A DNA stretch of 63,302 nt, counting the filler, from Klebsormidium nitens (lineage: Eukaryota > Plantae > Klebsormidiophyceae), in NCBI GenBank assembly GCA_000708835.1. It is 7 parts of 7 records of this genome, joined end to end, with 100 filler letters (N's around TTAATTAATTAA, not from the genome) between each part and the next. Parts side by side here need not be neighbours in the genome. Positions count along the whole stretch, not along the records: positions 13,364 to 37,546 come from DF237859.1; 6 more parts are not named here. One strand, 5' to 3'. A program made the translations under genes and the position numbers. Positions 23,001 through 35,200 of this stretch are shown here, one piece after another. The notes below the pieces were generated by a model. It ran no database searches. It was not told the DNA's origin and worked only from the letters and a program-made list of their open reading frames with translations. Position 1 is the stretch's first letter; every line of letters starts with the position of its first letter.

Positions 23001-23465
23001 GCCCTTGGGCGATGAGTTTGGAGTCGAACGTTGAAGTGTCTGACTTGGCAAACTCTGAGTGGCTGAAAGTCTACCGAAGCGTTCTGACCGTTCGATTCGA
23101 TTTGTGAATTAAGTTGACCGAAGTGTAGGGTTTAACGTACGTACGCCGGGCGTGCTGACGTCATGCGGTGGTGAGGCGGCCGCGGCGTTGCCGGGCGCGT
23201 GCGCCGCGCTGTTCGCACCCGATGCGCCCGCGAGAGCGGCTGAGTTGCCGCCGGCGGAGGTGTCCTGGGGGGATTTCTTGTTGCGGCGCGTGGCTACACC
23301 GTCTGCCTTGGCAGTCTTGGCAATCAGAGCGGAAAGCCCTGGAGAGCGGCAAGAGTTTGAGTTTTACACCCAATGTATTAACCCCTGTTTTTGAGGTGTG
23401 TCCAGTTGCATTAGAAACCTCGCACGCTTGTGCAAGGCGGTGAAAAATAGAAAATACACTCCGAG
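22036..23465 (-). repeat. upstream direct repeat, containing the 5' region and degenerate N-terminal coding sequence of ORF1
   Basis: Near-identical to 15376-16805; ends in a 13-bp-stem hairpin (23454-23484). Confidence 0.95.
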
Positions 23466-24634
23466 CGGAGAGCTCGGAGTGTATCTACACTTTTTCAGTA
23501 ACTCGGCTCTAAGCTTACTGCGGGGTCCCCGAGCAAAACAAATCGCCGCGCCGTCCAGCCAAAATTTGACTTCATGCAGACGTGCCAAGCACCAGCTGCA
23601 GACGGACCACGTGGAGTAACACTGTTGACGGCATGCCTGCTTCGGAATGGCGTACCGTAAATTTGAAACCCGTGAAATTGAAACCGCCGATCGAGATGTC
23701 CGGTCACATCGCAAGGTTCAAATCAGCTAAATCGAATCGCCGCGCTACTCAGACTCGCCGCGCACGCGCCTGGCACGCGCCTTACTATGCTACAAGCTAG
23801 GTCCTATCGTTCTATCATTACGACCAATTTTGGGCATAGACTTGTAAAGTATCATCGAAGGTGCAAACGCTCAAAACCTCCATATTTTGTATATTATATA
23901 TTTAAGGCTTTGCTTCCCTGCATCGTTTGAAAGAATCGACTTCCACCATGCACTGACCATTCGACTATGGTAAATCTTACTGCGGACCATGTTCGAATGC
24001 CTTACTATCCTTGACTCATAGTGCCATTTATGGGTAGTTTTGCTACCATGCAGACTATGTAATGGTTTGACGAGTGTCAACATTATATGGAAGTGGGACC
24101 AAAGCCCTCTAGCTCTCTTTTCTCTCAAATTCCAACTGGCAAGACTCGGAATTCGTCGGCCAGCCTGAGAGGTTCGTCTGAAACTATTCCTACGAGACTG
24201 CAATATCAAAGCATTCAAACGGTTTGTCAAGGGTTGTTACTGATGCGGACTTGGAAATGTAAAATTGGAGTTCCATGCACTTGGTAGACAAGTCACAGTG
24301 GCTAACTACCTGGGCCCCTTACGCCTGGCACTAATCAACCTAAGCGATTTTGCCATGATTCTCTGGTTTCCTTTCGTCTTTGATTGTCACGATGTATAAG
24401 CTGCCACTCGAGCACATACCCAGCCACACGGATCCAAACGTATAGGTCCTGTGCGGTTTGTCCAAAGCTTTTATGTCACAGTGTGGCTTCTAAGGCGTCA
24501 AATGCTCCAAAAGTGTCATTTTCTGCATGGCACAAATGATTAGGGGGACGCTCATGTCAACAATCCCAGAAATGCACGGAAATCCGCAGCGACCAGTCTG
24601 CGACTAAGTGTCGCAAACAAAATCAAGTGTGATG

Positions 24635-24706
24635 TTCCGACCAGGTATCGAACCCGCATTGGTAGACTCCGTAGGCTAGCGCACTAGACCACTAGGCTAC
24701 CGCCAA
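24635..24706 (-). ncRNA. tRNA-Arg(ACG)-derived degenerate sequence, probably a SINE head or pseudo-tRNA
   Basis: Minus strand GGCGGTAGCCTAGTGGTCTAGTGCGCTAGC-CTACGGA-GTCTACCAATGCGGGTTCGATACC: A box, B box (GGTTCGANNCC) and an Arg-ACG-type loop CTACGGA are present, but the acceptor and anticodon stems do not pair. Confidence 0.6.
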
Positions 24707-24800
24707 CTCGATGCTGCTCCGATTTGCGTAGAATATACTCACCATTGTACCGGCGGTCTCCCAGTCGCGGTCAGGCCTGCCTGAGACTGGGTGGGGCCGG

Positions 24801-24960
24801 TAGGGCGTTAGGGTGGGTTAGGGTAGGGTTAGGTACGCCACTACCCAGGGACGGGTGGGGCTGGTCGGCGGTTAGGGTTAGGGTTGGGTTAGGGTAGAGT
24901 GGGCCGGGTTAACCACCTCCCTGGGACGATTTTAGGGTTACGTCACCTATACCCTAGGGT
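24801..24960 (+). repeat. degenerate telomere-like (T)TAGGG tracts
   Basis: TAGGGCGTTAGGGTGGGTTAGGGTAGGGTTAGG (24801-24833), GTTAGGGTTAGGGTTGGGTTAGGG (24871-24894), TTTTAGGG at ~24930. Confidence 0.7.
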
Positions 24961-27584
24961 TTTGGTGTATCGTAACCCAATTTTCCGGTAATTTCCGGCA
25001 TGGTAGATATAACCGTTCCAGTACAAATGATGAAATTCCACAGCCAAACCGTCTTCAAATAAGGCGCTAAAAGTTTGTGGGGGTCCGGGCCATCGTAGGG
25101 ACTTATTTTGGTCGCATTGTTTGCCCGGCCATGCCGAACGTCAAGCGTTAGCGGAAACAATTTAGGGTTTTGACGTCTTCAAAGACGCACCCACAAAGCA
25201 ACCGCTCTAGCAGTCGTTCAATTTGGGTTTCGACCAGATGATGCGACCAGAAACCGAGTTAAGGCCCAAACGAAGGCAGCCCCGAAGAAATCCCAGTCAA
25301 ATCTCAAAAATGGGCTGTGGAAATGGGGTTCAAAAACAGCATATATGGGCTTATGGACACGCCGGAAGTCTCACTCGACCGACTTGCACGCGCGAGTCGG
25401 GCAAACCCGTACGGCGTACGTCAGCAACCAAAATTCCCGAACTTCTTGAAAAACACCATTCGGACGCCGAAAAACTTAGCCTATACTCGGGGTCCCCACT
25501 TACTGGCGATGTTTACATAGTCTTGCCAAAGGAAAGTTTTCATGAGGAAGCTATGGTCAAATCAATGTCAAAGGAGATCATCCAACTAAGTTTCAATTTC
25601 AAGGCGGCCTGCTTGGTGGAAAGAGACTGAAACACTTTCTCAGCAAGGCAGTATTGCACAATTAGACAACATTTTTGAGTCTTCAAACCTGCTTTAGATC
25701 AACAGGTTTTTGCATCCTGCTCGGAAGCTACGAGCTTGGTGATAAAAACAACCTAGCTAGCTGAGGTTGCAAGGTGCATATGCACATGATGATGTGCCAG
25801 CTGCATTGGAGGTGCATCCTGGTGCTGGTACGAGCTGGAGTTGAAATACATAAATGTCGGAGCTCATGCATTTTTACCTGGTGAGTGAAGGAGGGGTTTG
25901 TCTTTGTATCATCACAGATTGCTTCGTGCATCATAAACTTGCACTTCAGAACACACCACGACAGTGAGTAGCAAAAGTGTAATGAGCTTTGCAACGATCG
26001 TTGGAGCTCTTTTAAAGTCTTTTGAGAGGCCGCAGGGCATGCTATGTTTTTGAAAGCGCCGAAGAGGCCCTCGATGCAACTACTTGACCGGTTCTGCACA
26101 TGACCCTCAACATACCACCTCTTGAAGTGGGCACTTGAGCCGACGACTTATATCCTTCAAAGTTGATTCTGCGCATCTATATGCTTTGAAATGTCATGGT
26201 TGTATGACTCATCTTGGTCTGAAACATCTGCATCGCATTATCTGCTCTCTGATTCCTCTAGGCAGCTATCACGCTGTATGACATCGGCATAGCAGAGCAT
26301 TGGTTGCATAGCGTATTGCATGATTTGCTTGTTATTGCATAGCTTATGAGACGTTGCATAGCTTACGAGCTAGATTGCACAGACGCGGTTACCAGCGGCA
26401 GGTTATCGCAGACTCTGATTTATGTTTGCAGTCGTTATGACTTAAGTCGCAGCTCAGTCTGCGCGTATTCGATTCGATAGGCTAGATTCACAGTTAGCTT
26501 AGACCTCGCCATACATTAGGCAGAGACACCTCGCTAGGAGACCATTCTTCTCGCGAGTAGACTCTCGTGAGGAGCTCTTGGCGCCTTGACATGGTGGCCA
26601 TGCTTGCATCATTTTAGTCTACTTAGCATTCACCTCTCTCCTTGCACTTCTCAACACAGCCTTGTCGTGAGTTCCAACCTTGGACTCGCGGGAAGAATCC
26701 TTGGCTCACGAGATAGCGCAAGCGGAGAGAAGGCTCCCATTACGGGGAAGCGCACGAGCATACGGCTTCAAGACAAGACGCGCAAGTGCATTGCTTGCAG
26801 ACAACCTTTACAAGTATTGCGGGACAGCAGCTCTCAGTCGCAGACTCTTAGTGGTGAAGGTGGCATCGGCGACACCCGGGCACCTTTGTTTGTTCTCGCT
26901 TACTTGCAAGTTGGTGGTGGTGGCATTGAGCGCCACCCAGTCTTTAGCGTACGCCGCCAGTATAGTGGTGGTCTTGGCAGGCTTTTAGCCTTGGGAAGCT
27001 TGGTCAATCAGTGGTGGGCTCCGAGACAGTGGGCGCCGCCAAGATTCAGAGGGGTGCGTCATTACCGGCAGTTTTGGCGCCAGGGCTGCCGTCAGCGCAG
27101 CGCCTGCAGGCCCGCAACTTCAGAAGATTTTGGCAAGGCTGCCCGGAGCGCAGCGCCTGGGCGTCAGGACAGCCAATTCGGGTTGGCTAATGGTTTGCTG
27201 TCCTTTGGACGGCGTCACGCTGTATTCTGGGGTGTTCAGGGTGCGTAGACAGCCCACCAGTTTTTATTACGATCCGTGTGGCATATCCATTCGGACGGCC
27301 TCGTATCAATCATTTCTGTTCGGCAAGACTTATCCAATAGGGTAGTCGAATATCTGGTCTGAAACCCTGTTCTGAAGATTCTGAGCTGCATTCATTTGTC
27401 GCTTCAGTCTAGTTGTCACTTGCACATGGGTATGGTATATGTGCACTACCAATCACGTGTCACATCTGTCATGTACGCATGGCGGTCGGCGCGCGTATTG
27501 GACGCGACGACTCACACATGACACGAGTGCATCTTACTGGATAATGATGTACACACCGGATGACTCGACTTAGCTCTGTCCAGA

Positions 27585-28730
27585 CTTATCCACGCGGCCA
27601 AGTCTCATGTACTGATTATTGTGTTCGACTGAGTACCTGATAGGAATACCAACCTGGGTATGTAGTACGCTTTGTACGTACCGAACCAGGAAGCATGGCT
27701 GTGTATAATAGCGTCGGCATTGATTAGATGTGGAAACAATTGGGTAAGTGTGACTAATCGTTGTTGAGCCACACAACGGCACGTTGGATCTGTCTCATGC
27801 ACATGCGTAAATTTTGCGGACTTTTACACCTGCGCGAACGAGCGCTTCTGTCGGCGCGCACAGTCCAGAACACAGTTCAATTATGACTATGCCTATGCTG
27901 TTAACAGCTGTTTGTTCATGTATGTCCACAAAATTGGGGTCCAATGGAGATCCATATCTAGAAGCTAAAAGGATGGCCGGCTCTGGTGGCTCGGTCAAGC
28001 TACGAATGCTACGCTGAAAGCTAGTAATAACACTATGCGTGTCTAACTGATCCCTAAACTCTAGCTGGAGCCGCGCCGCTCGCTCCTCACGCGCCGTCTG
28101 GGGCGCTGGAACTGGTCCTGTACACAGCTGTACAAAGGCTGGAGGCGGTCTGGGGGCCCGTGGGGCCGTCACTCGTCCTGCGTAGGAAAGTGTGACGTTA
28201 GTTAAACGAGAGCTAGTGGCGGCACTGAGGCCTGCGTTGAGTAGGTCAACGTTGAATATTGAAGGCAACTCTGCGGTTGTGGAATTTCCCTCCCACCACC
28301 TGGGATAGTATATGAGTGTTTGGGTATACGGATTGGGCTTCAAGTTACACCAATCCGTCCAATTACGCTCATCCCAATTAGAGTTTCGCGGGTCTGTGAC
28401 GGAACAATAGTTAGTTTAACCTGGACCATTGTTGCCGCAGAGGTTTCTGGGTTAACTGAGATTTCAACTGTGTCCCAGGTCCTCTCAACAGGTGCTGTGG
28501 TGAATGCATCTGCTGTAATAAGACTGATGGCTTTTCGTTGCCGCATCTCTGAATTTATTCCCAAGCGTTTGGCAGTCCAGTTAGAAATAATCACGCTCTC
28601 ACAGCCAGTGTCAATTGTTAACCAGTCTAGGGCCACACCGTTAATTAGAAAAGCGGGGTTAGGTTCTGAGTTATCAAGCGGATTTTCAATCCAAGCATGT
28701 TCTACGACCTTCCGAAGGGTACCTAACCGG
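27585..28730 (-). mobile_element. LTR-retrotransposon (Gypsy-type) pol remnant: aspartic protease followed by the N-terminus of a cytosine-5 DNA methyltransferase domain
   Basis: LTIDTGCESVIISNWTAKRLGI (DTG at 28604-28612; retropepsin) ... LIGMSVI; then IVIIELCSGLCAPTEALVRAGVKVRKIYAC / ETDPTCRCVAQQRL (DNMT motif I-II; ELCSGL at 27861-27878). Stops and frameshifts throughout. Confidence 0.7.
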
Positions 28731-31700
28731 CATGTTACCGGTTATGCAACCATAACGCACGGGGGGTACGAACCCAACCGTCGCGTGCCCATCGGCCTGC
28801 ATCTGGACAATCCAAACGCCGCAATGCTTTTAGAGATCCAAACTCACTCGAATCCTTCGGGTACTTAAATCAATTGGTATCGCCATTTCCAATTCGACTT
28901 TCATTCAAGTTATCAACATCCATCGCAACCGGACCTCGTGTCCAACCAGCATCCGAGCGCCTTGAGCGTTCAACCCCGCATCCGAGCGCCTTGAGCGTTC
29001 AACCCCAACTTACGAGTGTACTCGCATACACTCATCCGTTACCAGTAGTATCAGAGAACCAGAGACAACAACACCGAAGGAGACGACGAGCCATACGGAG
29101 ACCGTTAGCAATAGTAATATACTAACACGACAGTAATTCAGTAGGCCTTAGAGCCATTAGCATTACCTGCTTGTTTCACATCATCATGTCTCATGCTTCC
29201 GGAGACGCACTCATCCAATCTGTAAGTGTCATGTACTCGTTTCTGACGTTTGCCAATGTTTGAGTTATCCATTTGGACATCCAAATCAGACGTCTTGCGA
29301 GCAACGGCCACTGGGCGGAGCCTCAAGGTTGGTCAATGCGGGTGTTGCGTGGTTTGCCTTGAATGTTAGCACATCACCTTCAATCTCAGCTTATTCATTG
29401 TTTCATAACTTATCCTTGCCAATTTCACAAAGCTGGGAAAGATAATGCATGACTTTGAATTCCTTACATAAACATACAACGCATCATGTAGTTTTATCGG
29501 TTGTCAATAAACAGGTTCGCTCCGAAGTACCGAGCCTAATCAGATGCCGAGCCTATATCGCATGACACGTATGCTGGAATTCAGTTTCCTCGTGTTTCTC
29601 ATTTTTTCATGCATGTAGCACCAGTTTTCCGCTTTGTCTTATACCTCATCCAGAAGCTTTGTCTCGAGGGTATTTTGGGCATCAAGTTTCCGCTTTGTCG
29701 GGATTGTAACCAGTCCGGATTGCTGGCCCCGTTTGCGCACGGTCTTAGTGAAGCTGCGCAACGTGCAAATCGTCTAAATGTTGCACAACGTTTCTGCACA
29801 TTCCTCGTTGCTGCTCCCCGTGCTTGAATTCTGCAGAGTACCGCTTTTGGACCAACCCATCTATAACAAGGGTTCCGAGGTTCCGGGACTGGTTGAACCG
29901 GGCCAAACCTGGGCAAGTGCATGATTCAGGCCGTCACGGCATCTCTAGATGCCTCTTATCTAGGAGGCGTTTGTCAAAGCTGGATTACAGATGTCCCTGT
30001 CACTTCCAGCTATAACGATCTTTGTGCAGCCTACTCGTAACTTAGGAAAACCAATCCGAGAGGCTCTTCCAGAATCAAGGAATCTCATCATCGTTTGATC
30101 GGCGTTTCCAGATTGATAAGACCCCAGATCGGACATGTGCAGGATTAAATACTACTTGGACTCTTTGTTGGATTGAGTGTCTAACTTACAACCAATCAAA
30201 CTTCGGTCGAAGGCTCGAAGCAGTGCATCACGAGGAGGCAAGTTCCGAGGCTGACCGCCGAGTACGTCTGCGGTCAAGTCAGGGGCGAGGCATCGATCGG
30301 GTCGTGCCTATTGTCAATGACGTACCCATTGCATTCCGAATTCTTGCCTTCTAAACCCGGACTATCAAAAGTCGTTATTGAAATGCAGAAGCCTGCTCAC
30401 AAAATGCCAGCGATTAGTGCAGATGTCCGTCGCAAAGGGAACGCTGATCAAGTTCAAATCTAGAGCCTTAGGTCAGTTTTTGATTCGGGTTCTGCTTCCG
30501 CTCCAATATTTTCGGTTCCGACTTCGACCAAGCGACAGAAGGCTGGCCATTGAAGGAACCTCGCTACCGCAGTCAGAGGTGTCAGCATGTTGACGGCGCT
30601 CTTTAACCTGCAAATATCCGCCAGCAGGGAGCGGATAGAGATTCGGGCGTACGTGCTTCAGCACCTGGCACGGGGCCGAATCAAGGGGCAGCACGTGGCG
30701 TCATTGGGAGCGCGCCATGTTAGCTTCGCAGAATATGAAAGCCAGTCATGCAAGCTTTTTGGCACGTCATCATCAACTCACATATCAAGCCACAATTTGT
30801 TTCAAATGAACATAGTGTCCTTCTTTTGGCTTCTTGCAGAGTTTTGAGGCGGGATAAGACGATGAGAGTTGAAGTCTTCACAGACGGACTCTTGGATTAG
30901 TCGAGTTCCTATCAATGTGCAGGCCGCTGCTTCTCTTCTTGAGTGGCTAGGTCCTTTGATGTCTGCTCTCTTTCTGGATGAACAACCTCTTGATTGCTTA
31001 GAATGTTAAAGCGAACTGAGTCTTTTGATCGCGGATGTCCAAATAACGTGTCTCGGGCGCCGCTTCGTATGTTCTATTTGTCTTGCACAATCTTGATAAC
31101 GTCTCCGTTCAGATCGAATAGAGGGTGATCGCCGATCCCGATGATACAGCAAGAGGGCTTTGCAATTTTTTGACCAGACCTACCGCCACCGCCCATTCAC
31201 TGCGTTCAATTTCCTTCTGAGTCCTTGACCCCGGATCGTCGGCGTTAAGCCTTTTGACGGAAGCTCTTCGTGGTTTACAAGTTCATTGTCCGCTTTTTGC
31301 ATTTCTTGCTGGAGAACGTATTTGCTATCCGTCTGCATGGATCAGGCGCTGAATAATCCTTTGAGGTACATGTTGCTATGCGGCGATCGGCCGAATTTGC
31401 AGGTGCAGCCATCTACTCCTGCTTACCTTACTTCGACACAATTGAAGGAACAAATCCGACCGTTACGTTGCCATGCTCCTTCCTGACAATACATACTGTT
31501 TATAAAAAAAATGGCTTGGACACATCTGGAATGAACACATCATGAACTACGGGTTGTAGTCCTTTCCTCTCTGCCTCGAGTCCTATCTTACTTGTTGCTC
31601 TCATGTGCCTTGATCGACAGATTCGACTACCATGGTGTGAGATTAGAGCGTGGTCCTTTTTCACGACCCCACATCCCTCGAGCAGAGGCAGACCCTGCTA

Positions 31701-31999
31701 GCTGCCAATCAGCCCCCGGGCATGAGCGCGTTCACCTGAGGGCCCATGCCTCCGACCAGTACACATGCGGCCAACGACAAGCAACTCCCCTGCTTCCGGC
31801 CGGCTCGTGCCCCCGGCTGTCCGAACAGCCCGGTCGAAGCGCAGCGTGGTCGGTCCGACACCACTCGGACCAAGCACATGCCTTTTAGGCTGGTAAGTCC
31901 GCACCGGAGATTGATTCAATCGTTCAACGAGAAACCGGAGCCTTGTTGAGGGCCCGTTTATCCTCGACCAGAATTTGGTTGCCGGTTGCCCGCAAAAAC

Positions 32000-32260
32000 T
32001 ATAACATGGTTACTTGTAACCAGACTCTGGTTCCATTGACTAGGGTCTTTGTGACCTGGTCGCGTGTAACCAATTTCTGGTTACGTGAAACCAACCTCTG
32101 GCTACTCCCGACCAGACCCTGGTTAGCCGTAACCAGGCGGTTGGAACTTGGTGAGTCTGGTTAAGCATTCGGAATATGGTTAGCAAGCTAACCATGTCTG
32201 GTTACAGACTCTAACCAGAGTACTATGGTTACGATCTGGTTAGGGCCTGGTTAGAGAGTC
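32000..32260. repeat. segment saturated with TAACCA/TGGTTA in both orientations
   Basis: About 14 copies counted by eye in ~250 bp. Confidence 0.8.
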
Positions 32261-35200
32261 TGCTTACTAGGCCAACATTTCTCAGAGCTGAGGGGCGATT
32301 CACTAGTATTTACAGACGGTCCGCGGAATTCACAATTCGACCATCATGATGTCTCCACTGGCACCGTCGATGACATTAGTCGCATTGGACGGTCCATCAT
32401 TCTTGCTAGTCTCTTGAAAATGGTGGACATGAGATTCGGAATGCTTCATGGGGTCCGACGACATCAGCCAGCATGGGCGCATGCACATTGCATCTCCAAG
32501 AGTCCTCCCGCTTCTTGCCAACATTGAATTCAGATAGGGAAACGCAGAAAGTTTTTGAGCAAGCCTAGGTCATAAACCACGGCTTCAAAGTATTCGAAGA
32601 GGAACTTTTCCATGCCTCGGCAAGAGCTCATGAGCTTTGGATGTGAGCTCTTTAGCCTCCAAAATTCATGGTAAAGATGCAGAATGGATTGAAAAAGTGG
32701 TAAAAAAGCATGAGGAAGCTTGAAATGCAGCTCACTGCTTAGAAGTCTTCACTTGTTGTTGTATCATGGTTCTCATGCAACTAAAAACACGCCTTCTTCG
32801 AACCATTCTGAGCGTGCGGAGCTGTTCAGCTCGTTCCGCTAGGGAGGGTTAAGAGGGAGGCCGGAACGAGCAGAAAATGATCGGAACAAGTTTTGAGCAA
32901 GCTGGGCTGCCGGCAAGTGTCAGATTGGCGCTCTGGTATCTTTTAGTACCATCGTACATGGTGGAGAAATCATAACGAGACCTTTTCCAGGCAAAAGAAG
33001 ATTCAGCGGACCGCCTGTTAGGAATTGAACCGTGGCTTTTAAACCACCACCCAACCTATAAAACCGGGCAATTTCGATGCTGACGTGGCATAACTTGCCG
33101 ACACTCGTCGAGATCGGGCAATTCAAAAGATGACTCATGGGGCGCATGTTTTTGAACACTCAAAATGGCGTCTTTTCGGAACGAGATTTGTATCAAACCG
33201 TTGTTTTACCAAAATTTACAGTCTCATTGTGTCAAGCTTGCTCGCCTGGAACATGCCCGGAACAGGCCCCGGTAAGACGCGCTCGAGTCTCTTTTCCAGC
33301 TCTTCAAACGGCCAAAAACGAAGAGGTGGAAGAGACTGCAGGCCCGCACCGCCAAGGCTGAAGAGTTTTTTTGAAGGGTGTGGAAAATTGGCCTATCAGC
33401 CCACATATGATGCTTGTTATGTCCGATAATAACAAAGAAGACTGGTTGTAGCAGTATTTTCGAGGCAAGCTATTGTTGCTGACCTTCCGCGAATTATTTT
33501 GAGTCTCATGCATGTGCACTTATACAAGTATACACATAGAATTTTGAAAGTTGGAGCACATAAGTGCTCTGCAGACTGCATAGGTAGCTGACGTCGCTGG
33601 TCAACCTCGTAACTACTTGATATCGCCAGTCGTCCTAGAAGCCGCCAGTTGTAAATATTGGGTACATATTAAAGTCGATTTGACGGTTGAAAATCTAGAC
33701 GGCTAGCGATCGTACTAGTATCGGCAGCCAACGTCACGGGTCATCTCCCTTTGAATCAATCGCGTACGTCTGACGATGTAACTTTAATCTACTCTCAGCG
33801 GCTTCATTTGATCGATAGTTACCCCTGCAAACTTCGCCGACAACTCTCAGAGCGAACAGTTGCAGGCCCGTTGCAGAACGACCGCAGAGAGACCGCAGAG
33901 ACAGTCTCTTAACTAGGGAACGTGAAAAAATCGTGAAACTTGGGTCATGCACTGCGGTCCGCGTGCAAGAACTCCGGTGAGGTCACATTGGTACCGCGAT
34001 TGGCCGTAGCCGGTGGTGCTGACCTCCAACCTGTCGGGGTAGACTAGATCGGGACCCGGACGGGTCCGTGGGGCATGCCATTGGGGAAGCTGCATGGGTT
34101 TTTGGCTTGCCTTCTTTAAAAGGCCGCCCTTTAATAGGGTTCGATCACGGATCGACTTGATTTCGCCGTATGCGGGGCTGCGCGGGCCCTGGTGTTTCTG
34201 GCTGGGTTTGACGTCGAAAACCTAGATTTGGTGAACTCTTTTGGGATGATAAGCTCCGAATCAGGAACCGACTGCGACTTGGTGCAATGCGGCGTAGCTG
34301 GTGATTAATCGAAGTTTTACGATTCGAACATATCTGTGTTAGGGTTGTGATCATATCAACAACCCACAAGAAACTCACACTAAAAAGGGTCGTAGGCTGT
34401 TCGATACTCGGTTGCTCAAGGGGCTCCGCATTCTCCGGAAGAGCTCCGCATTTTACGGACAGTCGGGGGATGTCAGTCTGCTATGACGTGCTTCCGACTT
34501 CGTCAGCACTCACTCGGACTGCCGGATTTGAATCTCAAAAGTGGTTTTAACGCTAAGTTAAACTCTCCGTCGAAATGGTTGGAGGCTAGCAAGCCGTGGG
34601 TTCTAACTTCTCCGAAGGAGAACCCAATTTATGCTTGTTAAAATCATCAAATCTGACGGCAAGAACAATGCGTCAAAGAACCATCGACGGCCTGCGACTT
34701 GAACGCCGAGTTTCACCGACTTGCGCGGTCTGTGGATATTTGTGATCGGACGGCCGAAATAATTCAATAATCGGGATTTTGAAAGAAAATATGTAACACA
34801 GGCCAATTATATGCGAACCCCGGTTCCGCAAGGGTCCGTCGACGGTCGGGCAACAGCTGCGCAGCTGTTGGCCAACCATTGCGCAACAACTCCGCGATAC
34901 TCCGGAAAACGTCGCGACGGTGTTGCAACACTTGCTCAGTGATTTGCCCGTAAATAGGGGGCAAAAAAGAGAATTACAGCGCGTTTCATCTTCGTTCGAA
35001 GAAACAGTCTCTACTTCAAGACTTAAGCAGCCCAAGGCATAAGTAACACACTGTAACTTACAGCAGAGTGTTTCAATTTGGCATTTTGAAATGGTTTCTA
35101 TGTCAATCTGCTTCGACAATAGGCTCTACAGCCTTGAAAACGGCGCGTCCCAAAAGGCCCACGCGCGAGTTTGACGTCGGGCTATCGATACATATGTGAG

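Larger units (their letters stand above)
15376..23465 (-). mobile_element. Penelope-like retroelement (Naiad/Chlamys CxC-linker type) with two extra 3' ORFs, flanked by 1.43-kb direct repeats
   Basis: RT motifs, CxC linker, ORF2, HNH ORF and direct repeats as listed in the individual features; all ORFs are co-oriented on the minus strand. Confidence 0.85.

Noticed and set aside
24635-24706. Functional tRNA-Arg gene
   Set aside because: Acceptor and anticodon stems do not pair.
25728-26250. Transposase remnant (IEGLFGAFK)
   Set aside because: A single weak motif with no catalytic triad or termini.
26680-27345. Protein-like plus-strand reading with one internal stop
   Set aside because: Looks coding, but no family is recognisable and there is no clear gene boundary.
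30300-30480. Lipase class 3-like remnant (ITTFDSPGL...HDPI, minus strand)
   Set aside because: One short motif in stop-ridden sequence; no GxSxG found.
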